A stretch of 33,867 bases of DNA from a virus (Duplodnaviria; Caudoviricetes): the IMG/VR virus record IMGVR_UViG_3300042808_000115, positions 1 through 33,867 of that record. One strand, 5' to 3'. The translations under genes were made by a program, and so were the position numbers. Shown piece after piece: positions 17,502 through 26,700 of the stretch. Numbering within the stretch: position 1 is the first letter of the stretch; each line of letters starts with the position of its first letter. The notes beneath the pieces were generated by a model. That model did not search any database. It was not told the origin of the DNA and saw nothing but the letters and a program-made list of their open reading frames with translations.

Positions 17502-17516
17502 GAAAACCTTATATAG
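17502..17516 (+). promoter_or_regulatory. Host-like archaeal BRE-TATA promoter
   Basis: GAAAACCTTATATAG upstream of ATG 17552; similar sites at 17817 (GAAAGGTTTATATA) and 23113 (GAAAGGTTTAAATA). Confidence 0.65.
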
Positions 17517-17551
17517 TAGTAATAGAAAACTTTAAGTGCTGGAGGCTTATT

Positions 17552-17791
17552 ATGGCTAATGAAAATTCTGTTCAGGATCAGGTTTATAAGACCTTTGATA
17601 ACGGGTACAAGATCGTAGGCAACTCCCCACTCTTCAACGCATCAGAGAAGAAGACATACAGTGACTATGAACTTGTGAACCCAGATGGAAAGCGCCTTGC
17701 ACATGCTGACAAGGTTGAAGACCTTGAGATGATCGTTACCAACCCGGTGTTCCTTGACCGCCTTGAGAAGACCGGTTCCATCTCTGCATAA
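17552..17791 (+). CDS. Hypothetical protein (start revised to ATG 17552)
   Basis: GGAGG RBS; biased codons; T-run after stop. Confidence 0.7.
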   Translation: MANENSVQDQVYKTFDNGYKIVGNSPLFNASEKKTYSDYELVNPDGKRLAHADKVEDLEMIVTNPVFLDRLEKTGSISA

Positions 17792-17853
17792 CTCTTTTTT
17801 TGTATATAATATTACCGAAAGGTTTATATACTCTATAATGAAAACATTTAAAC

Positions 17854-18345
17854 ATGGAAGATTTAGAGGTTGAGGTTAGATCTGCTAAATTCGTATTTGG
17901 CGGAAATACCTATAACAAAGGAAATACATTTGTTGTTGAAGGTGACCGTGAAAAATGGGGATCAGGGTTCACAAGCGCTGTAAAACGTGGAAACATTATC
18001 ATTCTCGGCTCTGTTAACCGTGATAAGACCGTTACTGTTGATATGTCAGCAACGACCACAGACCCGCTCTTTCCTGATCCGTACACCACCAATGTGACGG
18101 GTGAAGACTTCCCTGTAGAACCCGGGCAGATGGCAAATGTTGCAGGAGCCAATCCACTTGCAACTGCGCTTAAGATGGGTATTGCCAGATCAACAGCAGC
18201 AATTCCTCCGACTGCAAAGAAACTTGAAGAGGTTGTCAAGACCGCAGCAGAAGAGATCGTCACCGAGGCTGCAGAAGAGGCCGCAATCATCGAAGAGAAG
18301 ATCGTCAAGAAGACCCGTGCAAAGAAACCGGCAAAGACTGAATAG
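17854..18345 (+). CDS. Hypothetical protein, probably head-associated
   Basis: First gene of the neck operon; BRE-TATA upstream; charged low-complexity C-terminus. Confidence 0.65.
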   Translation: MEDLEVEVRSAKFVFGGNTYNKGNTFVVEGDREKWGSGFTSAVKRGNIIILGSVNRDKTVTVDMSATTTDPLFPDPYTTNVTGEDFPVEPGQMANVAGANPLATALKMGIARSTAAIPPTAKKLEEVVKTAAEEIVTEAAEEAAIIEEKIVKKTRAKKPAKTE

Positions 18346-18353
18346 GTGTGATC

Positions 18354-18848
18354 ATGGCTGCAACAATCACATCTGTTAGATATCAGATCAGGGATCTCAC
18401 CGAACCCTACACCTTTCCTGATGAGATCATTCAGGAAGCACTTGATGCAGCAGCTGATTTTATTTACCGGAGATATCAGGGTCAGGGACAGGCCATCAGT
18501 AATGTGTATACCGCTGGAAATGATCCGGCATGTATGATGCCGGTCACTACTGGAGGGTTTACATACTCAAACTCTCACTGGGTTGACTACTGGCTCAGTG
18601 CAAATTACGAGATTCATATCTCAACGCCTACCGGCGCAAAGATCCAGCGTCTTATGGCATCTGTAGATCTGCTCACATCTCTTGTAATGCCCACTCCTGA
18701 CCGGACACCAACTGGTGTAAGTGAAGGCGGGCTCTCAATTCAATGGGGTGGAGATTACGGTGCTGCAATTCAGATCCTGAATGAGCAGATTGATAAGATG
18801 CTGTTTCAGCTTGAAGCGCCGATGTTCTGCATGTATGACAACTACTAG
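18354..18848 (+). CDS. Head-tail adaptor (SPP1 gp15/HK97 gp6-like)
   Basis: VRYQIRD...FPDEIIQEALDAA and SEGGLSIQW motifs; position. Confidence 0.75.
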   Translation: MAATITSVRYQIRDLTEPYTFPDEIIQEALDAAADFIYRRYQGQGQAISNVYTAGNDPACMMPVTTGGFTYSNSHWVDYWLSANYEIHISTPTGAKIQRLMASVDLLTSLVMPTPDRTPTGVSEGGLSIQWGGDYGAAIQILNEQIDKMLFQLEAPMFCMYDNY

Positions 18849-18857
18849 GAGAGAATA

Positions 18858-19379
18858 ATGAAGACCTGTCTTGATGTGATGAATTACCATAAAAACATGT
18901 ATAAAGTGTTGGTACTGTCACATGCAAAAACCGACTCTTCTGGTGAGTTTGTCCCTGAAGTGATCACTACCGAGCCTATTAAAGGGCACTGGGAGGATGT
19001 CACCTTTGAGATGATATCCAGATCTCCCCAGGCTATTTACAATGTTGGTGACCGACGACTTTACACCGAGGTAAACCTCTCTCCCCGTGACAGGATCATC
19101 ATCGAGGAGCTTGACGGTGAGAACTCCCACTGGGAAGTTCAAGCACGACCGCAGAAACTCCCATACTGGGCAAAATTAGGTGTTGTAAGATACTCGTATC
19201 ATCTGGTACGGCTTCAGGCCAATGCAGGCACTCCTGATCCAACGACGGTGCTATCAGCAGGATTTACTGATGCGACCGCTGGTGAACCTGTTATAGACCA
19301 GTCAGAACCGCCAGAGGATATAGGAAAGACCGAAGCAGAGACAGAGGAGGTTCCGGTATGGAAACCGAGCTGGCAGTGA
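18858..19379 (+). CDS. Head closure/stopper protein (gp16-like)
   Basis: Position after adaptor; GDRRLYT...DRIII...WEV pattern. Confidence 0.7.
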   Translation: MKTCLDVMNYHKNMYKVLVLSHAKTDSSGEFVPEVITTEPIKGHWEDVTFEMISRSPQAIYNVGDRRLYTEVNLSPRDRIIIEELDGENSHWEVQARPQKLPYWAKLGVVRYSYHLVRLQANAGTPDPTTVLSAGFTDATAGEPVIDQSEPPEDIGKTEAETEEVPVWKPSWQ

Positions 19380-19600
19380 ATGAACGTATCGTGTATCAGA
19401 TATGCCCTCACCAGGGCATATGCACGCTGAACTGCAAAGAACGATCATTCTGCACAATCAGACGTGAGAAGATACTTCTGTACGGTGTCGTTCTTAACTT
19501 AAAGAAGAGAATTGTAGAACCTGAAGCATATATGAACGAGATAGTGTATCTTAAACGAAGTTTAAGTATTGATCCATTGAGATTGGAGCAGGTGTCATGA
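19376..19600 (+). CDS. Small Cys-rich hypothetical protein
   Basis: GTGA overlap with the previous stop; CPH..IC..NC....FC. Confidence 0.5.
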   Translation: MNERIVYQICPHQGICTLNCKERSFCTIRREKILLYGVVLNLKKRIVEPEAYMNEIVYLKRSLSIDPLRLEQVS

Positions 19601-19959
19601 AACATATAACAGAGAAGAACGGGGATTTCTACCTGGTTACTGAGTCTGAAAAGATGAAGATAGAGGATGCTGAGGTGAAGGCTGCTCTTACCGAGTATGA
19701 CTCGCTCCCTGACATCGATGAACAGATCGTTACGGTATCGTGTTTCAACCCTGAGTGTAGCAATCAGATCAACCTGACCATCAGGCAGAAACGGGATCAG
19801 TTAATCTCATTCCCGAAGAAATATGGGAAGATGGTATTTATATGCTGCTGTGAAACCTGTCAGCAACGATTACTGGAGCTGTTTAATGGTGATACAACTC
19901 AGACTGGAGACGGACCTATCCAAATTGAAACAAAGGTTAACCGCGATAAAAAACAGTAA
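19597..19959 (+). CDS. Zinc-binding hypothetical protein
   Basis: CFNPEC...CCCETC; ATGA overlap; GGTG RBS. Confidence 0.6.
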   Translation: MKHITEKNGDFYLVTESEKMKIEDAEVKAALTEYDSLPDIDEQIVTVSCFNPECSNQINLTIRQKRDQLISFPKKYGKMVFICCCETCQQRLLELFNGDTTQTGDGPIQIETKVNRDKKQ

Positions 19960-20299
19960 ACCTGATTATGATGCTATTGGAAAGCATCTTGTAGATAAAC
20001 TGAAGTTTACCATCAGAACTCAGCACTCTCTCCCCCTTAACTGGCCCCCGTCAGGTGGGGACGGTCTTGCATGGCATGAGACCGGACTGTTACTTGATTC
20101 TCTTGACTATCGTGTTATACGGGAGAATAACACCGTTAACATCCTTGTAGGGGTATTCAGTCTTCCTGAACGTGCAAAGATTGTGTTATGGCTTGAGTAT
20201 GGCACAGACGAGATCCCGGAACGCCCATTATTCAGAACAGTCATACCAAATGAAAAAGAATACATACTAGAACAATTGAAGTCAAAGCATATTGACTAA
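19886..20299 (+). CDS. Tail completion/virion morphogenesis protein (HK97 gp10/Mu G-like); start revised to ATG 19886
   Basis: ETGLLLDSL and LEYGTDEIPERPLFR motifs; GGAG RBS. Confidence 0.8.
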   Translation: MVIQLRLETDLSKLKQRLTAIKNSKPDYDAIGKHLVDKLKFTIRTQHSLPLNWPPSGGDGLAWHETGLLLDSLDYRVIRENNTVNILVGVFSLPERAKIVLWLEYGTDEIPERPLFRTVIPNEKEYILEQLKSKHID

Positions 20300-20331
20300 T
20301 ATATATAATCATTTTGAATCACTTTTATATT

Positions 20332-20616
20332 ATGGATTTGAATGACCCGTATCAGGTTTGGTTTTACTTATCAATTATATGGACATTACTTTTAGGTATC
20401 ATGTTTGGTAGCCTAAGGAGTAAATTTATTGAGTTCATCGGCCACTTCAGGGAGACCCTTGATGCTATCGATGATGCCATACAGCCAAACAGTGATGACG
20501 GTACCGAGATATCAAAGGAAGAGGTTGCAAAGATCATTACAGAGGCACGTGAGCTCACTGAGGCAACTGCCGGACTGGTGGGATCCATTATTGCCATTAT
20601 AGGTGTGAAACGATGA
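20332..20616 (+). CDS. Small membrane protein (holin candidate)
   Basis: N-terminal and C-terminal hydrophobic segments; GACT-N4-TATATAAT promoter at 20294-20309. Confidence 0.55.
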   Translation: MDLNDPYQVWFYLSIIWTLLLGIMFGSLRSKFIEFIGHFRETLDAIDDAIQPNSDDGTEISKEEVAKIITEARELTEATAGLVGSIIAIIGVKR

Positions 20617-21203
20617 GACCTGACGGGCTTGAGACGAGTATATTCAAATCTATACCCACCTCATTTACATTTAATACAAAGACCTATACGATAGGTGCCG
20701 ATTATGCTCATCTCGCATCTGTGCGTGATATGCTCTCATCGGTAAAAGTGGCGATCACGATATCGTACTTCAACGATCAGAATATGGGAGGGATCCACTC
20801 TCCAACCAATCTTCTTTTGAAGTATGATGCAGGATCAGATGATGACACGGTTGTAAATCTGGTAGGACAGCGGTATACCTGTATCATGTCTGTAAACATC
20901 CATGTTGCACAGTCTGATATGTATGATGCGGTTGGTATCCTTAACTATGCCGTAAAACTGATGCAGAAATGGCAGATGCTTACACTCAGGGATTACACCG
21001 AGGTGTTGAACTGCTCTGCAGTGACCGATCTCTCTCATCTTGATGACGGACTTCTCAGGAAGCAGTTTGATGTCACAATACGATATCCAATGGCAGTATG
21101 GGAAACCCTTAATACCGTGCGGTATGTGGAAGGAGCATATCATGTGGTTGAAGGCCAGTATTCAGGTGATGCATCTACCTTTTTCATCGATCTGAAGCGG
21201 TAA
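20613..21203 (+). CDS. Tail terminator protein
   Basis: Directly before the sheath; C-terminal DLSHL...RKQFDVTIRY pattern. Confidence 0.7.
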   Translation: MRPDGLETSIFKSIPTSFTFNTKTYTIGADYAHLASVRDMLSSVKVAITISYFNDQNMGGIHSPTNLLLKYDAGSDDDTVVNLVGQRYTCIMSVNIHVAQSDMYDAVGILNYAVKLMQKWQMLTLRDYTEVLNCSAVTDLSHLDDGLLRKQFDVTIRYPMAVWETLNTVRYVEGAYHVVEGQYSGDASTFFIDLKR

Positions 21204-21206
21204 TTC

Positions 21207-21222
21207 GACTGTCGTTTAAATA
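21207..21222 (+). promoter_or_regulatory. Putative late promoter GACT-N4-TTTAAATA
   Basis: GACTGTCGTTTAAATA upstream of the sheath gene. Confidence 0.7.
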
Positions 21223-21257
21223 GTTTTCTATCACCTGATGTACTCAGGTGATGCGTT

Positions 21258-22565
21258 ATTCCAGACGTAGCTAACTCAATAACGATTAACGTTGTGGATG
21301 AGACTGCAGTTGCAACCACAACTATATGGGGCGTACCGCTGGTGCTCGGTCTCTCTGAGTCTACCACATACAAACCGGTTCTGTATAACACGCTGACAGC
21401 AGTGTTTGCTGATCATTGCAGATACACCAATGGCACACTTCTTGGTATCTCTCCCGTGGCACGTGCAGCACAGGGACTGTTCAACCAGGGTGTCAGCCAG
21501 ATGTACGTCATGGCAATACCATGTGCAACAGATCGTAAGCCCACCGCGGTGAACATTGCATCCGCACTTGCAACCATTCAGCCACTTGCACTCCAGGGTA
21601 ACTTTGACAGCATCGTCTTTGCTGGTGTGTATGTCAACGATGCTCTTGCATCAGAGTATGTAGGGCTTGCAAACACCTGTAATCTGATCTTCAGCATGAC
21701 CAATGCTCCCGGGCAGACTGCTGCTGATATCGTGACCAGCGTTGCAACAAACGTCAACTCCAAGAACGGATACGTGCTTGCGCACAACGATGCAGAACTG
21801 ACCACAACCCTTGACTTCTCAACAAACGGGCAGATCATCGGTACTGGAAACGGAACTACAGTTGTGTTCTCAACGCCAAACTTCCCGATATCAGGAGACC
21901 CGGTCATTACCGTAGGCGGAACTGCACAGACTGTTACCACCGATTACACCCTTGATAAGGCGACCGGTGTTATCACGTTTGAGTCAGGATCAGTCCCGGG
22001 AACCGGGAAGGCTATTGTATGTAAGTACAAGGCGGTCATTCCTGCAGACGATGTTGCAGCTGTTGCACTTGGTGCGATCTGTTGCTCAAAGCCATGGAAC
22101 TCGGTCATCTGGCGTACAGTCTCTACCTCTGTAGGTACTTACTTCAGTGCAAACGATCTTGCAACTCTTGAGGCTGCAAATGTCAACGCGATCATCACGG
22201 CAAACAACACCAGTTGCCTCTCAAACTCGCTCACATCCAACGGTTCACCGAAGTTCATTGATATCGTTCGTACTGAGAACTATGCAAAGGCGATCCTGAG
22301 AAGCTCTCTACTCACGCTCAGGCTGAACTCATCGAAGATTCCATTCACCACCGCTGGTATCTCTACTGTGCGTGTGGCAATCCGTGACGCGATGGAACGC
22401 CTGCTCCGTGAAGGGTCTATCAGCACATATACCATCACCATGCCAACCGTTGACTCGATCACTGTTGCAGACCGTGGAAACCGTATCCTCCGTGGTATCA
22501 GTGTTGCTGCTCAGCTTGCAGGAGATGTGCATACATTCGAGATGGATCTCGTCGTGAGTGTGTGA
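21258..22565 (+). CDS. Contractile tail sheath protein (DUF3383-like); probable ATT start at 21258
   Basis: ITINVVDETA...WGVPLVLG N-terminus; FIDIVR, KIPFTTAGI, DRGNRIL...LAGDVH C-terminal motifs; GGTGA 6 nt before ATT. Confidence 0.88.
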   Translation: MPDVANSITINVVDETAVATTTIWGVPLVLGLSESTTYKPVLYNTLTAVFADHCRYTNGTLLGISPVARAAQGLFNQGVSQMYVMAIPCATDRKPTAVNIASALATIQPLALQGNFDSIVFAGVYVNDALASEYVGLANTCNLIFSMTNAPGQTAADIVTSVATNVNSKNGYVLAHNDAELTTTLDFSTNGQIIGTGNGTTVVFSTPNFPISGDPVITVGGTAQTVTTDYTLDKATGVITFESGSVPGTGKAIVCKYKAVIPADDVAAVALGAICCSKPWNSVIWRTVSTSVGTYFSANDLATLEAANVNAIITANNTSCLSNSLTSNGSPKFIDIVRTENYAKAILRSSLLTLRLNSSKIPFTTAGISTVRVAIRDAMERLLREGSISTYTITMPTVDSITVADRGNRILRGISVAAQLAGDVHTFEMDLVVSV

Positions 22566-22573
22566 GGTGAATT

Positions 22574-23113
22574 ATGGCAGATACAAATATTGTTGATACG
22601 TTTTACACAAACGGCACAAATCAGGATGACCTTCACGGGTTTGACAGCAGCGGTACCACAAATGATGTTGTAAAGTGGGATGTCAGAGACATCAACCTTA
22701 CTGCATTTGGCAGCGTTGTGGACGACTTCACATCATTCGAGTACAACAATGATCGTGAGGTTACCCATATCGAGACACTCCGTGGCGTGGTTGGTTTTAA
22801 CCTGCATCACATCAAGCCTACATGGGCTATACGGATGCGTATTACGTCGTCCATGATGTCTCAGTTTATCAAGGCAAAGCGGTACAACTACCTCTTTAAC
22901 ATCACGTTCGCAGTAAGTGATTATATCGAGGTTGACTGTACATCATGTCTTATCACCCAGATCAACACCGGAACATTTGGCATGGATGCAAATGAGGTTG
23001 TCATCCAGGGTCTTGCTCTGAAGATTGCAGAGAATTACACTACTGAGAATCTGACGACAGGCACCGCTATGACATTTAAGACATACTCCGGTGGAGATAT
23101 GACTTCATACTAG
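22574..23113 (+). CDS. Tail tube protein
   Basis: Immediately after the sheath; GAGGTGA RBS; beta-rich, 179 aa. Confidence 0.75.
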   Translation: MADTNIVDTFYTNGTNQDDLHGFDSSGTTNDVVKWDVRDINLTAFGSVVDDFTSFEYNNDREVTHIETLRGVVGFNLHHIKPTWAIRMRITSSMMSQFIKAKRYNYLFNITFAVSDYIEVDCTSCLITQINTGTFGMDANEVVIQGLALKIAENYTTENLTTGTAMTFKTYSGGDMTSY

Positions 23114-23153
23114 AAAGGTTTAAATACCTTCTAATTACTATTATTTAAGTGTT

Positions 23154-23480
23154 ATGGAAACCTATACTATTACTGTCTCAGGTGAGACGTATACTGCACG
23201 CAAATTAACTGGTTTTGAACTGTTGGATATCATAGGAGAGTATCAGCAGTCTGGAAAACTTGGAAACATGTTCAAAACCTTGATCCTTGAGAGTGTCATC
23301 GACGAAAAGAAGAAGACCCGACTCTACAGGGAGAATGATCTCGCATCATGGAATATCAAACGCATCTCTGCCTTTGGAACTGCAATTATGGAGAATCATC
23401 AGGCTGAGGCTAATGAAGATTTTCCAGACTCGGAGACGACCTCTCAAGAACAGTCAAAAGGTCTCTCCCGCTTTATGTGA
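23154..23480 (+). CDS. Tail assembly chaperone (gpG-like)
   Basis: Between tube and tape measure genes; typical size. Confidence 0.75.
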   Translation: METYTITVSGETYTARKLTGFELLDIIGEYQQSGKLGNMFKTLILESVIDEKKKTRLYRENDLASWNIKRISAFGTAIMENHQAEANEDFPDSETTSQEQSKGLSRFM

Positions 23481-23734
23481 TCGCACTTAAGACACATACC
23501 GATATAGACATTGTAAAGGAATGGTCCCTTGAGAAGCAGCTCGGCTGGATATATGCCCTCTCTGAACTGTACAACAAAGATGAACAGGCACCGGCAAGTA
23601 CAACTTCGGTGACACCACAAAAACCTGCAGCACCGCGGTCAACACCGATACGATCAGATCTTCCAGGCGGAGTATTCACACGAAAGTTCGTGGTAGGAAA
23701 AGACGGGTACGTCACAGAACATACATCGTTGTGA
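23420..23734 (+). CDS. Tail assembly chaperone gpT-like segment, probably reached by -1 frameshift
   Basis: -1 frame open from 23417, right at GAT TTT C; the GTG at 23477 has no clear RBS. Confidence 0.6.
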   Translation, partial: FSRLGDDLSRTVKRSLPLYVIALKTHTDIDIVKEWSLEKQLGWIYALSELYNKDEQAPASTTSVTPQKPAAPRSTPIRSDLPGGVFTRKFVVGKDGYVTEHTSL

Positions 23735-23772
23735 CGACTCTTTAATACTCTTTTTATGTAACAGGTACGCAT

Positions 23773-26700
23773 ATGGAGCAGAATGGGAGTGATGCATACT
23801 ACAATCTCAAATTCAGTGATAACGCTGAAGAGACGTTCAAGAGTATATTAAAGATTGTAGACGACTCCACGAAAAAGATAGAGGCTTCATTCACCAAGTT
23901 TACTGAATCTATAGATCAAAAGACGTTAGAGACACTTAAAACTATACAGACCCGTATCCAGGACACTGTTGATAATCTTGACATCAAGATCGATATCCCT
24001 CCCGTTGATATCAAGTTACAGGCTCCACCAGAAGCAGTCAACGATCTCATCAAGGGCGTTCAGGACGCGGTAGGAAAAGACTGGAAACTCACGGTACCGG
24101 TGGACATCACCCCTACGGTTGTACTGAAAAGTTTCCTTGAGAACCAGAAGGAGGAGGCTGCACAGGATCTCATGAAGGATCTCCCTCATCTTGAGATCCC
24201 GATGTACCCGAAGATAGACTGGACCGGTATCACCGAACAGATCACAAGTCAGATACTTCCTCTTATCGTTGATACATCAGATATTAAACAGCAGATATCT
24301 GTCATCACTGTTCCAGTTGATGCTGATCTCTCCCTTATTAAAGAGCAGATCAGTACATTATCCATACCTATCGATACCGATACTACCTCTCTGCAGCAGA
24401 AACTATCCAATATTGTAGTACCTATCACCGCTGAAATTACAAATATCAACAATAAAGTGGATAGCCTTATTATTCCAGCATCTGTAGATCTGACAGAGAT
24501 ACAGAACACGGTTAAAGACATTACTGTACCGGTGAAAGCAGATCTCTCTGCGTTCACCGCATCGGTAACAAAGATCAAACCTGTCAAGATCCCGGTATCA
24601 CTTGAGTTTAAAGAGGGTGATAATGTTGATGCCACGGTTGGAAAGGCGAATGATCTCTCTGTGGCATTCGGGTCCATCACCGGTAAAGTACAGGAGATGG
24701 CAAAGCAGGTTACTGGATCGATCGGTGATATATCAGCCGCTCTTGATACGCTATACTCAAAGTATGGCGGGTTACTTGACAAGATCATCGATCCTGATAA
24801 GACCATTGCTGAACAGTCAAAGCAGACGATTGCAGATCTCCAAGCATCGGTTATAAAACTTACCGAAGATCTTGATATCGCAAACAAGAAGCTGAAAGAC
24901 GGGTTTAAGGATAGTGAGGAAGAGTCTGATAAGGTCAGGAAAGGCATCGACGAGTCAGCCCTTGCAGCAGTAGAGGCAGCTGAGTACTTTGAGAAGATGT
25001 CTGATCGTATCGTGTCATACTTCAAGGAGGGTATGGCACAGATCGCAGAGAATGCCAGGGAGGCGCTCAGGCTCACCGCCATGGTAGGGGAGCAGACCGA
25101 CAAGGTTATTGAAGAGGGGCTGCGTGCAACCAAAGGACTGCTTGATGATGGTGACATTGCAAAGTTCAACTCCCAACTCTCTGCGATGTTTGTCTCGTCA
25201 AAACAGATGCCTGAAGTGATGAAGACCGTTGCTGACTACGCTCATCAGATGAAGATCTCCATGAGCCAGGCCTTCTCAGAAGTGACCAACTTCATGACCA
25301 ATGGTCTTTCAGCTGAAGACTTCAGAAAACAGTTTGGAGAGAGAGGCCGTGAAGCACAGTTAGCCTTTAACGAGGAGATGAAGAAGGCGCAGCAGGAGAT
25401 GAACCTATCAGGTACGTGGAATACTCTTTCCCGGGAAGATAGATCTGCTGTTCGTGCAAAGGCCATGGATGCTGTACTCAGGCAGTTTGGTCAGGCATCT
25501 GAAGGACCAGATACCCTTGCAGAATCATTTACACGGCTTAATACTAATATTGATACATTACAGCAGAAACTTTCAGGTCCGTTTACCAATGCCCTTGGTA
25601 TGATCTTAAAACCGGTGAATGCTGTACTTGAGATGATAGATGCATTACCTGAACCAATACTTGCTGTTATAGGTATGGTTGCCACACTGGCATCAGGTCT
25701 TATTGTAGGCACGATTGCTATCATCGGGTACTATAAAGCAACCGAGATACTTGGACTGAATCTCAAGAACGTGCTTGCCATGTTGATGCAGTTCAAGAAT
25801 GCTGTACTGGTAACTATCCCTGCACAGATACAGGCTACTATAGCCACCATTGCACGTACTACCGCAACTCTTGCTGGCATGGCTGCCGATGAGGCTGCAA
25901 CGATAGCATCAGGCGGTCTCATGGCATCTCTCAACCTCATCAAGACCAATGCAGTAGCAGCAGCAATTGCATTAGGTCAGAAGACTGTTGCTGTAGTGAG
26001 TGGGATAGCCGCAGACGTAGCAGCAACTATATCTACGATAGGGTTATCAGGTGCATTCTTTACCCTTACCGGAGCGTTAGGCACTGCTACTGCAGCGATG
26101 GTTGCGTTTATCGTATCAGCTGCCCCTATATTAGTCCCCATTGCCGCTATAACCGCAGCAATATATCTGTTATGGGATGTGTTTAACAAGGGATGGGATA
26201 AATCATTACTTGGTGGATTCTTTGTATGGCTTTCCCAGTATATCCCGCAGGTAACACCGGTCATCGAAGGGTTTGGTCGCGTATTCCAGTGGTTATCTGA
26301 AACGGGCGGGAAGGCAATAAAATACCTTGGAGAGGTCTGGGACTCATTTGTGAAGGGAGCAATGCTGGTGTTACAACCTGCATATGAGATGTTCCAGGAG
26401 CTAATGAAGATAGTTCTTGAGTTTCTTGGTATTAAAATAGATAATGCATCCATATCTGATATGTTTACAGCATTCATTTCAGAGTGTGATAAGTTTATAA
26501 AGTTCCTGAAAGATTCAGGTATCCTTGACGCATTAAAAGAGATTGCAAAGTGGGTAGGTATTGTTGCAGCAGTACTTACTATTGTAGCAGTGGCACCATT
26601 TATCGCCTCAATATTAGCAGTCATAGCGGTGCTCAAGGTCATCATAGACGCAATAAAGTTCCTGGTAGATCTCTTCAACTCATTCATGAAAGCATGTGGC

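Noticed and set aside
12607-23113. TAG stops as pyrrolysine or recoded codons
   Set aside because: TAG stops at 12609, 18345, 18848 and 23113 fall at sensible gene ends followed by new RBS or promoter signals; ORFs are intact in the standard code
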